A DNA stretch of 63,147 nucleotides, counting the filler, from Klebsormidium nitens (lineage: Eukaryota; Plantae; Klebsormidiophyceae): assembly GCA_000708835.1 (NCBI GenBank). It is 6 parts of 6 records of this genome, joined end to end, with 100 filler letters (N's around TTAATTAATTAA, not from the genome) between each part and the next. Parts side by side here need not be neighbours in the genome. Positions count along the whole stretch, not along the records: positions 18,397 to 42,479 come from DF237862.1; positions 42,580 to 48,442 come from DF238447.1; 4 more parts are not named here. One strand, given 5' to 3'. Both the position numbers and the translations under genes were made by a program. Below the pieces are notes generated by a model that saw nothing but the letters and a program-made list of their open reading frames with translations, was not told the origin of the DNA and did no database searches. Positions 35,801 to 47,275 of this stretch are shown piece after piece (the first letter of the stretch is position 1; every line of letters begins with the position of its first letter).

Positions 35801-38800
35801 GGCTCTTTGTCGCCCGGCGAGATTGGTTATCTTTACCGAGCTTTTCGTTGATATTTCGTGGTCTACTTTATTTTCCAGATGGTTTCGGAAGACGCCCAAA
35901 CCAGGATACAGGAGGAGAAGGACAGGCAGGAAGCGGAGGTAGCTTTCTCTCAACTCGCACAGTTATTAAAAAGCCGGACTTTAGGGTTCCAGTATGCAGT
36001 TCAACGAGTTCCTTTCTTGAAAGTGACGCGCGATGGTAGCATTCTCAAAAACTCTGCATGACAGTGGCGAGGAGCTTTGCGATTGGATGAGGCTTTGACC
36101 AGCCGACCGGATCCGAACCCTTTGCCAGGCCGAGCTAGAGTGACTTGCAATGCACAGAATGTGATAACTTCAAAGTCAGAACAAAGGAAGTTTGCAAGCT
36201 ACTCCCGTATCGTCGTTTGCTTCTTGGGTGGACATAAACGGCTGCTGCGCCTCCGGCGCGAAGTAAGCGGAATTGACAGTCGGCGGAATTGACACGTGGC
36301 GGTATTCTGTTGGTGCAGAAGCAGGAGCGGCTGCGGCGCGAGCGTGAGTGGCAGGAGGAGCAGCGGCTGAAGGAGGTGGAGAAGGCGAAGCGCGACGAGG
36401 AGGCGGAACGGCGGAGCCGCGTTCTGGCAGCGGAACGGTACAAGCAGGACATGGATGCCGCGACGGTGGAGAAGGAGAAGCAGGTGCGAATATCTGAGAA
36501 CTGGAGCGAAGTTGTCTGAGGAGAATTGTGAGAGGATACACGCAGGACATGGAGGCCGCGACAGCGGAGAAGGAGAAGCAGGTGGTTATGGGAGTTTGGG
36601 AACTAGAGCGAGCATATTTTCAGGGTCTTCGAGTAGCAGTACGTGGAGGCTGCAGCCGCAGAGAAGGAAAAGCAGTTGGCGTTTGCGGGGGGTCTCGTTA
36701 AGTGGAAGGGGTTCTGCTTCGAGGTTTTCTATTGGAAAGGGCTGGACGCTACGGCGGTAGATGGAGGCGGCACCACTGAAAAAGAAAAGTAGGTGGCTTT
36801 CGGAGGCTTTTCTGAGTAAGCGGGAGAGAATTTGACAAGCTTTAGAAGGAGACGTACGTTAGATGCGGACGCGCCATCAGGAAAGAGTCAACAGGAACCC
36901 TGACGGGGGATGTAATAAGGGTTATGAAGGGAAGGAGCGCAATTGAAGGAATCCGACTCGTTTGAACGTCCGAGAATTGTTTGCAAGGCCCTCGAAGACT
37001 TTGCTTGGTGGATGCAATAAGGGAAAGTGATCGGCTCTTGGCTCCGAGGAATGTGTTCCGCTACAACACACCTGACCCTCCGCCTATTCCCAATTCCACG
37101 GAAGCAGCGCCAGGAGGAGGCGACGGAACGCACTTAGGCTCATACTTCCACAATGCGAACCCGTCCCACTCCAAGTTTTAGCACTGGAGTTACGGTGGTC
37201 CGCTACTGACCATTCCGCTCGTTCCGGTTCCGCAGAAGCAGCGCCAGAAGGAGGCGGCGGAGCGCGAGCAGGAGCGGCTGCGCAAGCAGGAGGAGTTCCG
37301 CTTGCAGACGGAGAAGATCCAGGAGGAGCACCAGAAAGCGATCCAAAAGCGGCAGGCGGAGATGGACGAGAAGGACCGCCAGCGACAGATGCTCCTTGAG
37401 CAGCAGCGCCAGGAGAAGGCCATCGCGAACGCTGAGGCGCGCCAAAAGGCCGCGGTGAGGGTTTGGGGGTTTTGGGGGTTTTGGGTTCAAGGTGTCCATT
37501 TTCAGCCGATTAGGATGCGGAGGCGCGCCAGAAGACCGCGGTGAGGGTTTGGAGGGTTTGAACCGTAGGTTGAGGGTCTGTGCCTTGGGAAGTGCTGACG
37601 CGGAGGTGCAGCAGAAAATCGCGGTGAGGGCTTGGAGGGTTTTGGTAAAAGTGGGTTCTGGTTCGTAGGCGTTTAGGAGAGAGGGGCGCCGAATGCGCCG
37701 CGGTGAGCGCGGGTTTGACGGGTTTGTGGTTTATGAATTTCTTAATAGCTGGCGTTTGTGGACAAGGGTGCACGCAACAAGACACCGCTGACTGCTAGGG
37801 GTTATGGATACGGTCCTTGATCGTTCTTGGTTCGGCGATTTCAAATGCTGCGGCGCGCTATGCGGCTGGCTCCGGGAATTGTTCATCGGGACGCCCGCCA
37901 CTTGCGCGCTTCACCTTGTTCTCGTCGCGGTATACGAGACAGCTCTGCCGTTGCCAAATCAAGTCCAACGCACAAATCTGCACATGATGCGGGGTTTGGG
38001 AGATAGTGACTGCCATAAACAACTCTGAATTTGAAAAGGCTTGCTGTTCTCGACCTCAGGGAATTAATGAAGAGGATTTTGATCGGATTTGGGCAGATTG
38101 TCATACCCTGAACTCTAGCCCTGGGCGGTCTCTTGTCGAGGAATCGAGACATTCGAGAGATACGATATCGGAGTCGTGAAAACGCCCGACAGTAAGTGCT
38201 CAAGCACAAAGTTCTTGCTGACTGCAGGAGCGGCTACAATCCGCGCTGGAGACCGGTCGCAGCATCATGCAGAAGAAGCGCGACGACTACAACGCCAAGC
38301 AACGAGAGGTCGCCGAGAAACAGAAGATCAAAGAAGAGAGGTGAGCCGAGTAGAATGTAGCTGCGGGCCGGAGTATTCCGTTGAAGTCAGAGCACCTTGA
38401 TGGCAATCGGAACTTCAGATAGGGCAGTTTTGGAGGAAAAGATGACGCGATGATGATCAGCCCTGAGTGGTTAGGCTTCGCTCGAGGCGTCAAGCTCAAG
38501 AACCGGGAGTGTTCAATACTTCAGCAGAATGTCAGCGGTTTCGCAAACCTTGTCTCCAAGAGTAAAAGCGACTTGTCTGCCGGCCCCTTGGGCACGGAGT
38601 CAAGAGCAGGGAGCTTGGTGAAAAGAAGCGAATGATCGGACTCAAATAGCATCGCGGACAATTGGCTGACCTCATGTGCCACGTGGCGTGCCAGGTGGCG
38701 GCAGGAGGAGGCAATCCGCAAGCAGAAGGAGAAGCAGAAGGAGCAGCAGCGGCAGCTGGTGTTCCAGGAGGCGATGAGCGACCAGGAGAAGAGGATACAC

Positions 38801-41121
38801 GACCTCGTCAGCAAGGCCAACGAGGCGGACCAGGTACGGACGCCGATTGACCACATTCGGACGTCTGCTTTTCCCTCCGTTTTCGGAGTTGGGTTTTAGG
38901 GAGTCGTTTCTGTAGTTGTGGCGACCAGGGGAAGAGGATACACGACCTCGTCAGCAATGCCAATGAGGCGGACCAGGTACGGACGCCGATCGACCACTTT
39001 CGGACGTCCGCTTTCGGACGTCCGCTTTTCACTCCGTTTTCGGAGTTGGGTTTTAGGGAGTCGTTTCCAGAGTTGTAGCGACCAGGGGAAGAGATACACG
39101 ACCTGGTCAGCAAGGCCAACGAGGCGGACCAGGTACGGAATTCGGTTGACCATTTTCGGACGTCCGTTTCCCAACCCCGTTCTTGGTTTAGGTTTAGTGT
39201 GCTGTCTCTATAATTCTAGCGACCAGGGGAAAGGATACACCCACGTTGTCAGCAAGAGCAACGAAGCGGACTAAGTGCGGACGCAGTTGATTACCTTTCG
39301 GACGTCCGATGTGCGACCCGTTGCGCCTGTGAGCTGCACTTGATCTGACGGACCCGTCATCAAGTGACACATCATAACGCCCAGAGCCAGGTTCGGATTT
39401 TTCTTGTCCACCTTCTCTAACGACCTGGAGAGGAGGATAATGGAGGAGGATAATGGACTTTTCTCAGTAAGGTCGACGGAGCAGATAGGAATGGCGAACC
39501 GGCCGTGCTAGACGTCCGATTTGCATGTTATCTGGCAGAAGTCCGACAGGCACAGTGTACCGAAACAGATGTGGATCAGTGAGTTATAGCCCTGTCACGA
39601 ATCAACTTCGCCCAAGCCTCGCCCTTCCTTCGTCAGATGGCGCAGTTATCGAATGAGAAGTCAACGAAGCTTCTACCTTCCCTCAATGCATGTTGGAGAA
39701 TTTCCTGGCAACCATTTTTGAGGTAAGTATTAAACGTGGTTCGGTTTACCCTGGTTAGCACGTTAGAACCAACGGATCCCTCTTTCTGCAGATTCTGGAG
39801 ACCGTGCAGCGGCAGAAGAAGGAGGAGATGGCGCGACGCGCGCTCGAGCGGCAGCTCAAGGCCGAGGAGAAGCGCGAGAAGGCGGAGCAGATGAAGCGGA
39901 TGCAGGCGAGCGCCCAAACCCCACAAAAACCCCTTTGTTTACCGCGCCGCGGCCGCGGCCGCGCACTTGGTTTGCCAGCTGGTTTCGTTGAGGCGAGGGG
40001 GTTTGCAGGAGGGGCTAGAAGTGGTCCTGCGCTCGAAGACGTGAATGGCTTTCCAGCAATCGGTGGCAGCGCGCTTCGACACCTGGCGAAGCGATATGTC
40101 GAACAGAAGGTTGGATTTGTATCAAAGTATTCTCTGATTCGCTTCTCATTTTCAAGGCCTCGAGTCTAAGAATGCTCTCTTCCGGAGAAGACCAGAACCC
40201 GCAGCACCCGGCAATCGCAGGGCTTCCAATCCATCGCGTCTCACCCTTCCAAAATTTTGCAGATCCCTCCTTAGCCTGCGTTCGCTCATTGATTGACGCG
40301 TTCCGCTTTTCCGCTCTGCAGGCCTTCCACCGGGCGCAGATGCTCCAGCGGATCGAGGACGACACGGCACGCGCGCGCGCGCTCCTAGAGGCGCGCACGC
40401 ACCTCCAGCAGCGCAGAAAAGACGCGAACGTGGAGGCGAGCCTGCAGAGGCAGCAGCTGCTCATGCAGGTGCGGACACGTGGCTTAAAAAGATTCGTTCT
40501 CGCACAGACCGCTTTCAAACTGCCTTCTGTACGCCTCTTGTATCTTTCACGACTTTCAAAGCTTTGAACCGTTCACAAACTGGGGGAATCCATTTTTGCA
40601 AACAATCAAGAACCTGATCGCGGAGCCGCCCCTTGGCGCCTGAGTACTGACTAACCTCGAAGAACTCGGTTCCGAAGGAGCGCATCGGAATACACGTCCA
40701 GGAAAGCGTCAGTTCGACCTTTGTTTCTCTACGTTCCCGGCCCGTCCGCTCTCTGCGAAGAAGTCATTGATCCTCTTCTTGGGGATCCATTCAATCACCG
40801 GCGATGAGATTTCAATCCTATCTCTTCCAACAGATCAGAGGCGGAGTTTGTCGTTTATTCGGCCCATCATTCATTTATCAGAGAGAAGAAACTAATTCCA
40901 AATTTTGTTGTCAAGAGCATCTCACAATCCTCGTTCCCATGCAGATGGAGAAGCTGCAGATCACCAAGAAATGGTCCAAGCTCTCGGACGGTGCCCCGGA
41001 CAGTCCAGGCGGCGACCACATCCCCGGACGGACGTCCAACCGGTCGCCCGAAAAGGCCTCGTCTCGGACGGGCGCCAGCTCCATCAGCCCACTGCGACAG
41101 TCTCGGACGCGGGCGGCGTGA
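32802..41121 (+). CDS. Long charged coiled-coil protein of unknown function (~15 exons)
   Basis: Phase-compatible exons ~32802-32906, 33582-33661, 33989-34078, 34308-34390, 34888-35081, 35352-35431, 35719-35781, 35878-35938, 36318-36483, 37234-37454, 38228-38340, 38693-38833, 39791-39905, 40322-40447, 40942-41121. N-terminal block TSPRSLLACLQTGIDPKEIIYRPFEEFAEKGLTPELQKLKYEHCEAKRQ, then E/K/R/Q-rich helices. The start codon is uncertain. Confidence 0.8.
36441..36797 (+). repeat. Decaying tandem copies (4) of an exon 3' end plus donor site, ~95-120 bp period
   Basis: ATGGATGCCGCGACGGTGGAGAAGGAGAAGCAG|GT (36451, true exon) is echoed at 36549, 36643 and 36761 with increasing divergence. Confidence 0.85.
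37425..37715 (+). repeat. Decaying tandem copies (4) of an exon 3' end plus donor site, ~80-86 bp period
   Basis: GAGGCGCGCCAAAAGGCCGCG|GTGAGGGTTTGG (donor 37455) is echoed with GTGAG at 37541, 37624 and 37703. Confidence 0.85.
38778..39500 (+). repeat. Decaying tandem copies (4-5) of an exon 3' end plus donor plus intron start, ~145-155 bp period
   Basis: GACCAGGAGAAGAGGATACACGACCTCGTCAGCAAGGCCAACGAGGCGGACCAG|GTACGGACGCCGATTGACCAC...CGGACGTC, with donor-equivalent GT at 38834, 38977, 39133 and 39275. A very degenerate fifth copy lies near 39421-39515. Confidence 0.9.
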
Positions 41122-43191
41122 TTGAAGACAGGGCCTCAATGTTTCGGACGTCGGGTGGAAATTCAGTAGGACTCTGCATGAAACGTGTAGGTCGGTGGGC
41201 GTTTTTCTGTACAGCCTCGAAACGAGGGGTAGATGTGTTATTGCATGGCGCGCACGGAAAGAGGGGTGAGTCCGCGTGCGGTCTCACACTTTTGCAGCAT
41301 CGATTGAGATTCAATAGCGTAGGGATACAAAAGCAGTGCTTGCATATATTGATATGGTACATATTGCACGAACATTTGCAGAGCGTATACAAGCAGGCGG
41401 CAGCTTGCCCACGCTGCATTATGACTCCGAGCACGTGGGTCGTAACTGTCTCGCCGTTTAACGACGTGCTTTATTCAGACCTGGGACCTACTGATCCTCA
41501 TACAACTCAGCAATGTGCTCCTTGAAGTCACACAGTCTGGTGAATCTCTGTTGGATTGTGCGCAGAAAGAACATATCGTCTAATTGAATAATTTCTTCGC
41601 CCGATCGATCTACCGATCGAAGTAACTTGACCTTCAAATTAGCGGATCCAGGCTGCAAATATGGAATTTGTGAAACGATTTGCAGTCATATGCCATGCCT
41701 TCACATATTTACTTGACAGTGTCCGACCAGTAGCTAGCTGAACTTGAAAAGTGAGTTTCTAGTATCTGCTTTCTTATGCAGTGAACGCACAAATTAGAAG
41801 TTCGTCACCCGTTCCTAAGTACTAGCGGTTAAGTGGTCAAACAAAGATTGCGCTGACGTCATACATGGAGGGGTCGGCAGTCGCGACATGATGGCCCTGC
41901 GGCTTACGTCTGTTTGAATCTGTAAATAGCAGATCTCGCATGATGGAAGAATGTTCAACAAGTCATGCTTACCCGCTATTCACCAGGATATAGTGCGCCA
42001 TCCTCACTGCTGTCGCATTTGTTCGGAGCATGTGAATGCTTCAGGAGCATGCTGTATCCGCCGACGGACTTATATTTGAGTGAGCAAGCATGTGTGATCC
42101 GAGTTCCTAGCCCCTAACCTTCTGATCATGCAGATCACGCACCCAAGCGTGCGAAGAGGGTGCGAAGTCACTGCCGGGTGCGGCTAATTCCATCTTGGAC
42201 TGTACTGGAGATGTACTAGCAGAAACCGTTCACCCCACACTAGTATTCAATTGATGCATGACAAATAATTACGCTTGTGTTGAATCTGTCTAGGATTCCT
42301 AATTCTGCCTTTCATTCTGAAACGTCCAGTTGTCAAAGTTAGCGGCCCGGCCGGACCGGCAGGCCGCGCGGGCGGCCCGGGGGCAGGCATAAAAGTCGTC
42401 AGATTTTTGGATGGATCAAGTTGACTGATAAAATAGGTAAATACGTCTTTTCAGTTCGGATCAAATATACCTTTAAAAGNNNNNNNNNNNNNNNNNNNNN
42501 NNNNNNNNNNNNNNNNNNNNNNNTTAATTAATTAANNNNNNNNNNNNNNNNNNNNNNNNNNNNNNNNNNNNNNNNNNNNTTTAGGATGGATTGCTAGGAT
42601 TCGACACGATAGTTTTCATTTCGAGCATATCGTTTGCGCATCATCATAGGATCCGAGGTATTATCGACACGACCCGTAGCATCACGACAACGCTGCTCCC
42701 TTGCTTCCACAAGCTAACGACAATTACTGTCTGCTTACGTCGCTTTTAGCGGGGGTGGCTGTGTTAGAGCCGAGCACTTCCTGGTTCGCTCGGCATTAAG
42801 CGAACAACATGTCATATTGCAAGAAACAATCCATCACTGGACTGGTAACTTCCTCGCATTGCTGACCAGACGATCGAAATGAATTGCCGACTTTCTTGCA
42901 TGGCAAGAGTGGTTACCTAATGTCCCTCAAGACGTCCTCGTCATCGAGCACGGTGCAATCGGCATACCCTTCCTTTTCTGCAGTTTTCTGTTGTATGCGT
43001 CACAAGCCTCTGCTCACCCTGAAACCCTGAAAGCCCAAACCCCAAACCCCGAAACTCAGAAATCAAAAGCCAAAGTCCAGAATCCACAACCCACAACCCA
43101 AAATCCACAACCCACAACCAAAACCAAAACCCAAAACCCAAGAACTCGAAAACTCCATAATTGCCCAAACATTGCAAACCTTCCTGTGCAG

Positions 43192-46100
43192 GTTCCGCAT
43201 GTCGTGCCCCGGAAAAAATTCAAACCCTTTCTGCACCAACCTCCAAAACGAGAATTTTCCGTCGCCCGGCGGGGACGGTTTGACGTTCACTATCGGCACA
43301 ATTGCCGGCACGGACACCGTGTTTGGAAGCGCGTTAGGGTTTAGGGGGGGGGACGCTTTTGCGGTGGAGTTTGACACTTCCCGGGAGCAGGGCTTCCGGT
43401 GCAACAATGACCCGGACGATAACCACGTTGGGTTAGACGTGCGAGGCGTGTACAACTGCAACATACCCACGTACAGACCCGACCGAGGCCCGGATGATCC
43501 CTACATAGCGGTAAGAACTGCGGGGACGCGACGGAAGGGCTTAGCAACACTCTGACACTGAGGGCAGAGAAGCATGTCTGAACAACTATGCCAGGGGTGA
43601 TGTCCTCTTTCGTAGGTACTCGTAGAGCAGGGCGTCAAAGCTTCGATTCGGATAGACCTTTGGAATGTTGCTTTTGGTTCAAAAACGCCTGGTGCTTGTG
43701 CTTCTAGTCCTCCAATGAAGCCGTCTCGAAACCGAAACCGAAACCGAAGACTTCCCCACTACTCTTCAAAAACAAATTCTGCTTCTTAAAATTCTCACGT
43801 TTTCAGGGGAGTATGGTGTTCCCCCGGCTTTGCTGCGCCAGAATCAGAATAGGTTTTGTAACATGGACTTTTCTTGTTCCATGGCAATCGGAATGCCTCC
43901 CCAGTCTTCTTCTCCAGCATGCTCCTGTGTGCGTTTAGAAACGAGTCAGCGGGAGCTATTTGTGGTTTCATTCACCCTCTCCCGGCCGGTCAACAAGAAC
44001 GGTGTCTTGCAATGATCAGGCCTAAGTGCGGCCTCCTCAACCCGGTGAATCCCACACTTCGGAATGACGGATGGAAAAGCCGAACCGCTTTCTAAAGATG
44101 TGCCGTCAAGGAGAGACAAGAAGCTTACAATCTTTGCAAGGCCTCTGAGTACAAGCGCTCCTTTTCTGCAGGTAATCGCGACCCCTCCCTTCGACCTGAA
44201 CAGCGGGTACGTCATCACAGCGTGGATCGACTATGACGCCCCAGCAACGACCATTCGTGTCTACGTGGCGGACGGAGACACGTCCACGAAGCCCGGTGCA
44301 CCGTTGCTGGAGACGACGTTCAATCTTAAACAGACGATTGGTGACGACAACGCCTACGTCGGATTCACCGGTGAGTGCTTGTGTGCATGTGCAATCGACC
44401 TTTCACGCATTCTTCTATCAAGCCGACCGTTCAAGGAAAGTCGTGAGGACAAAGCTAGAACGTGAACTTCTTGCCGCTCAGATCAAAAGCGGACAAGTGT
44501 CCTAATCGGTCTGAAGTCAGACCTTGTCGATTGTGACCAGAAAGGACTTGTCGGCAGTCTGATTCTCTGCGGAGTGTGCTCCATGGGCGACTTGCAGGCT
44601 TGTCGTTGCTGAGAGGTGTCGCCTTTTCTCTTGCAGCTGCTACAACCGTCTGTCGCTGGCAGAACCACGACATCCTAAACTGTGAGTACTTGTTACCTTC
44701 GTTCCTGCGTCCTTTCTTAACCGCTCTGGGGGTGGTTTGTTTTGGAATGACAAGAGTTCGACAAGACTTTCCACGTCAAAAGCGGCAGGTTCAGCACCTT
44801 CTGTCTTTCCCCTTATTTGTGCACGTCGTTGGGTTACCTAGCTTCGTCCCTGGCTCCTTTATCAGCCGCTCTGGCGGTGATTTGTTTTGGAATGACAAGA
44901 GTTCAACAATACTATCAAGGTCAAAAGCAGCAGCTGGTTCAGCACCTTCCGTCTTCCTCAGTTTCTGTGCACGTCGTTGGGAAAGAGCTTATGATTCTAG
45001 ATAGCCGATGAGCAGTCCCAAGGGAACACGGACCGCCAACACGGAAAAACCGCTGTCTCCGGATCGACTTATCCAAATTGACGGCTGCGCCCTTTTTGCT
45101 GATCATTGCCGGAGTGGATTACTTGTTCCATGAAGCGTGCGAAACAAAAACAGACTCTTCATCTTATATCGCGAAATGAGAGTGCTCAAAGACTCGTTTT
45201 CTGCTTTCCTCGCGTCATCGTTTTGCTTGTAACCTTGCATGTATCTAGGTGGAAACTTCGATAACATCACTGAACTCAGGTTTCTCTTCTTTTCCAGGGG
45301 AGTTCATAGGCGCAGGTTTCAATAAGCCCCCCAGGATCCTCCTCTTCCTTCCGACCACCCTCGGTTTCCCAAGCTTCACAATGAGCATCCAGGTCTTTCA
45401 AGCCGCAATTGGGCGCATCTTCTTCTCGATTACGGAGATTGCTTGTTCGATCGACGGCGGCCCGGTTACACCACTCACCCAATTCCCCATTGACGGCCGC
45501 TCTACCAACGTTGTGATCGACACTAGTGGGTTCGAACCCGGGAGCACCCATACGATATGCTTCAACGCACGTGACAGCTCGAACGGACAGACAGGCGTGG
45601 AGTGCAGGAACTTCACGCTTAGCGGAACACCGGTCACACCTGCCCCGACCACTCCTGCCCCGACCACTCCTGCCCCGACCCTCCTGAGCCCACAACCCCG
45701 GCCCCGACCACTCCTACCCCGACCACTCCTTCACCGACCACACCTGCCCCGACCACTCCTATTCCGACCACTCCTACCTCTACCACACCTGAGCCCACAA
45801 CCCCCGCCCCAACCACTCCTGCCCCAACGACTCCCACCCCAACAATCCCCGAGCCCACAACTCCTGCCCCGACCACTCCATCTCCGACCACCCCTGCTCC
45901 TACTACCCCTGCTCCTACTACCCCTGAGCCAACGACCCCCTCACCGACCTCTCCTGAGCCCACGACCCCCGCTCCGACCACACCTGAGCCCACAACCCCT
46001 TCACCGACCACTCCCTCACCGACCACTCCCGAACCCACTACCCCGAGCCCGACCACTCCTTCACCGACCACTCCTGAGCCGACCACTCCCTTACCGACCA

Positions 46101-47275
46101 CTCCTGCACCCACTACCCCTCAGCCGACCACACCTGCCCCAACCACTCTTGCCCCGACCACTCGTGAGCCGACCACTCCCACTCCCACTACCCCTCAGCC
46201 GACCACTCCTGCCCCAATCACACCTGCCCCAACCACACCTGAGCCGACCACTCCTTCACCGACCACTCTTCCTCCAACCACTCCTAGCCCCACTACCCCA
46301 AGCCCAACGACTCCCTCCCCGACCACTCCTTCCCCGACCACCCCTTCACCGATNNNNNNNNNNNNNNNNNNNNNNNNNNNNNNNNNNNNNNNNNNNNNNN
46401 NNNNNNNNNNNNNNNNNNNNNNNNNNNNNNNNNNNNNNNNNNNNNNNNNNNNNNNNNNNNNNNNNNNNNNNNNNNNNNNNNNNNNNNNNNNNNNNNNNNN
46501 NNNNNNNNNNNNNNNNNNNNNNNNNNNNNNNNNNNNNNNNNNNNNNNNNNNNNNNNNNNNNNNNNNNNNNNNNNNNNNNNNNNNNNNNNNNNNNNNNNNN
46601 NNNNNNNNNNNNNNNNNNNNNNNNNNNNNNNNNNNNNNNNNNNNNNNNNNNNNNNNNNNNNNNNNNNNNNNNNNNNNNNNNNNNNNNNNNNNNNNNNNNN
46701 NNNNNNNNNNNNNNNNNNNNNNNNNNNNNNNNNNNNNNNNNNNNNNNNNNNNNNNNNNNNNNNNNNNNNNNNNNNNNNNNNNNNNNNNNNNNNNNNNNNN
46801 NNNNNNNNNNNNNNNNNNNNNNNNNNNNNNNNNNNNNNNNNNNNNNNNNNNNNNNNNNNNNNNNNNNNNNNNNNNNNNNNNNNNNNNNNNNNNNNNNNNN
46901 NNNNNNNNNNNNNNNNNNNNNNNNNNNNNNNNNNNNNNNNNNNNNNNNNNNNNNNNNNNNNNNNNNNNNNNNNNNNNNNNNNNNNNNNNNNNNNNNNNNN
47001 NNNNNNNNNNNNNNNNNNNNNNNNNNNNNNNNNNNGACCACTCCTGCTCCCACAACCCCTGAGGCCAGTACCCCTGCCCCGACCACTCCTGCCCCGACCA
47101 CCCCTGCCCCGACCACTCCCGAACCCACTACCCCGAGCCCTACAACTCCCTCCCCGACCACTCCTGAAGTGACTACTCCTGCTTCGACCACCCCCGGTCC
47201 GACACTCGCGCTTGCGAACGCGTCCATCCTGTATCCGTGCAACGTCTCAACGTTGGACTTCTCAAATTTCACCCT
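43192..47275 (+). CDS. Partial gene: legume (L-type) lectin domain + small beta-rich domain + long PTTP(A/E/S) mucin-like stalk
   Basis: Exons 43192-43510, 44172-44370, 44637-44681, 45298-47275. Lectin motifs GGDGLTF, FAVEFDT, DNHVGLDV, WIDYD, KPGAPLL, YVGFTAAT...NHDILNWEF. The 5' exons were not found (phase-2 acceptor at 43192) and the 3' end is open (donor at 47276). A 1-nt frameshift at 45680/81 and an N-gap lie inside the repeat. Confidence 0.8.
44724..44985. repeat. ~145-bp intronic tandem duplication
   Basis: TTTGTTTTGGAATGACAAGAGTTC...GGTTCAGCACCTTC...TGTGCACGTCGTTGGG occurs twice (about 44724-44838 and 44869-44985). Confidence 0.8.
45635..47190 (+). repeat. Coding 15-bp minisatellite (PTTPx)n, interrupted by an assembly gap at 46354-47035
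   Basis: CCGACCACTCCTGCC-type units, more than 45 visible before the gap and about 10 after it. Confidence 0.95.

Noticed and set aside
38778-39300. Repeat-spacer appearance suggesting a CRISPR array
   Set aside because: The whole unit, including the 'spacer', is homologous between copies, the repeat is an exon end, and there are no cas genes in this eukaryotic context.
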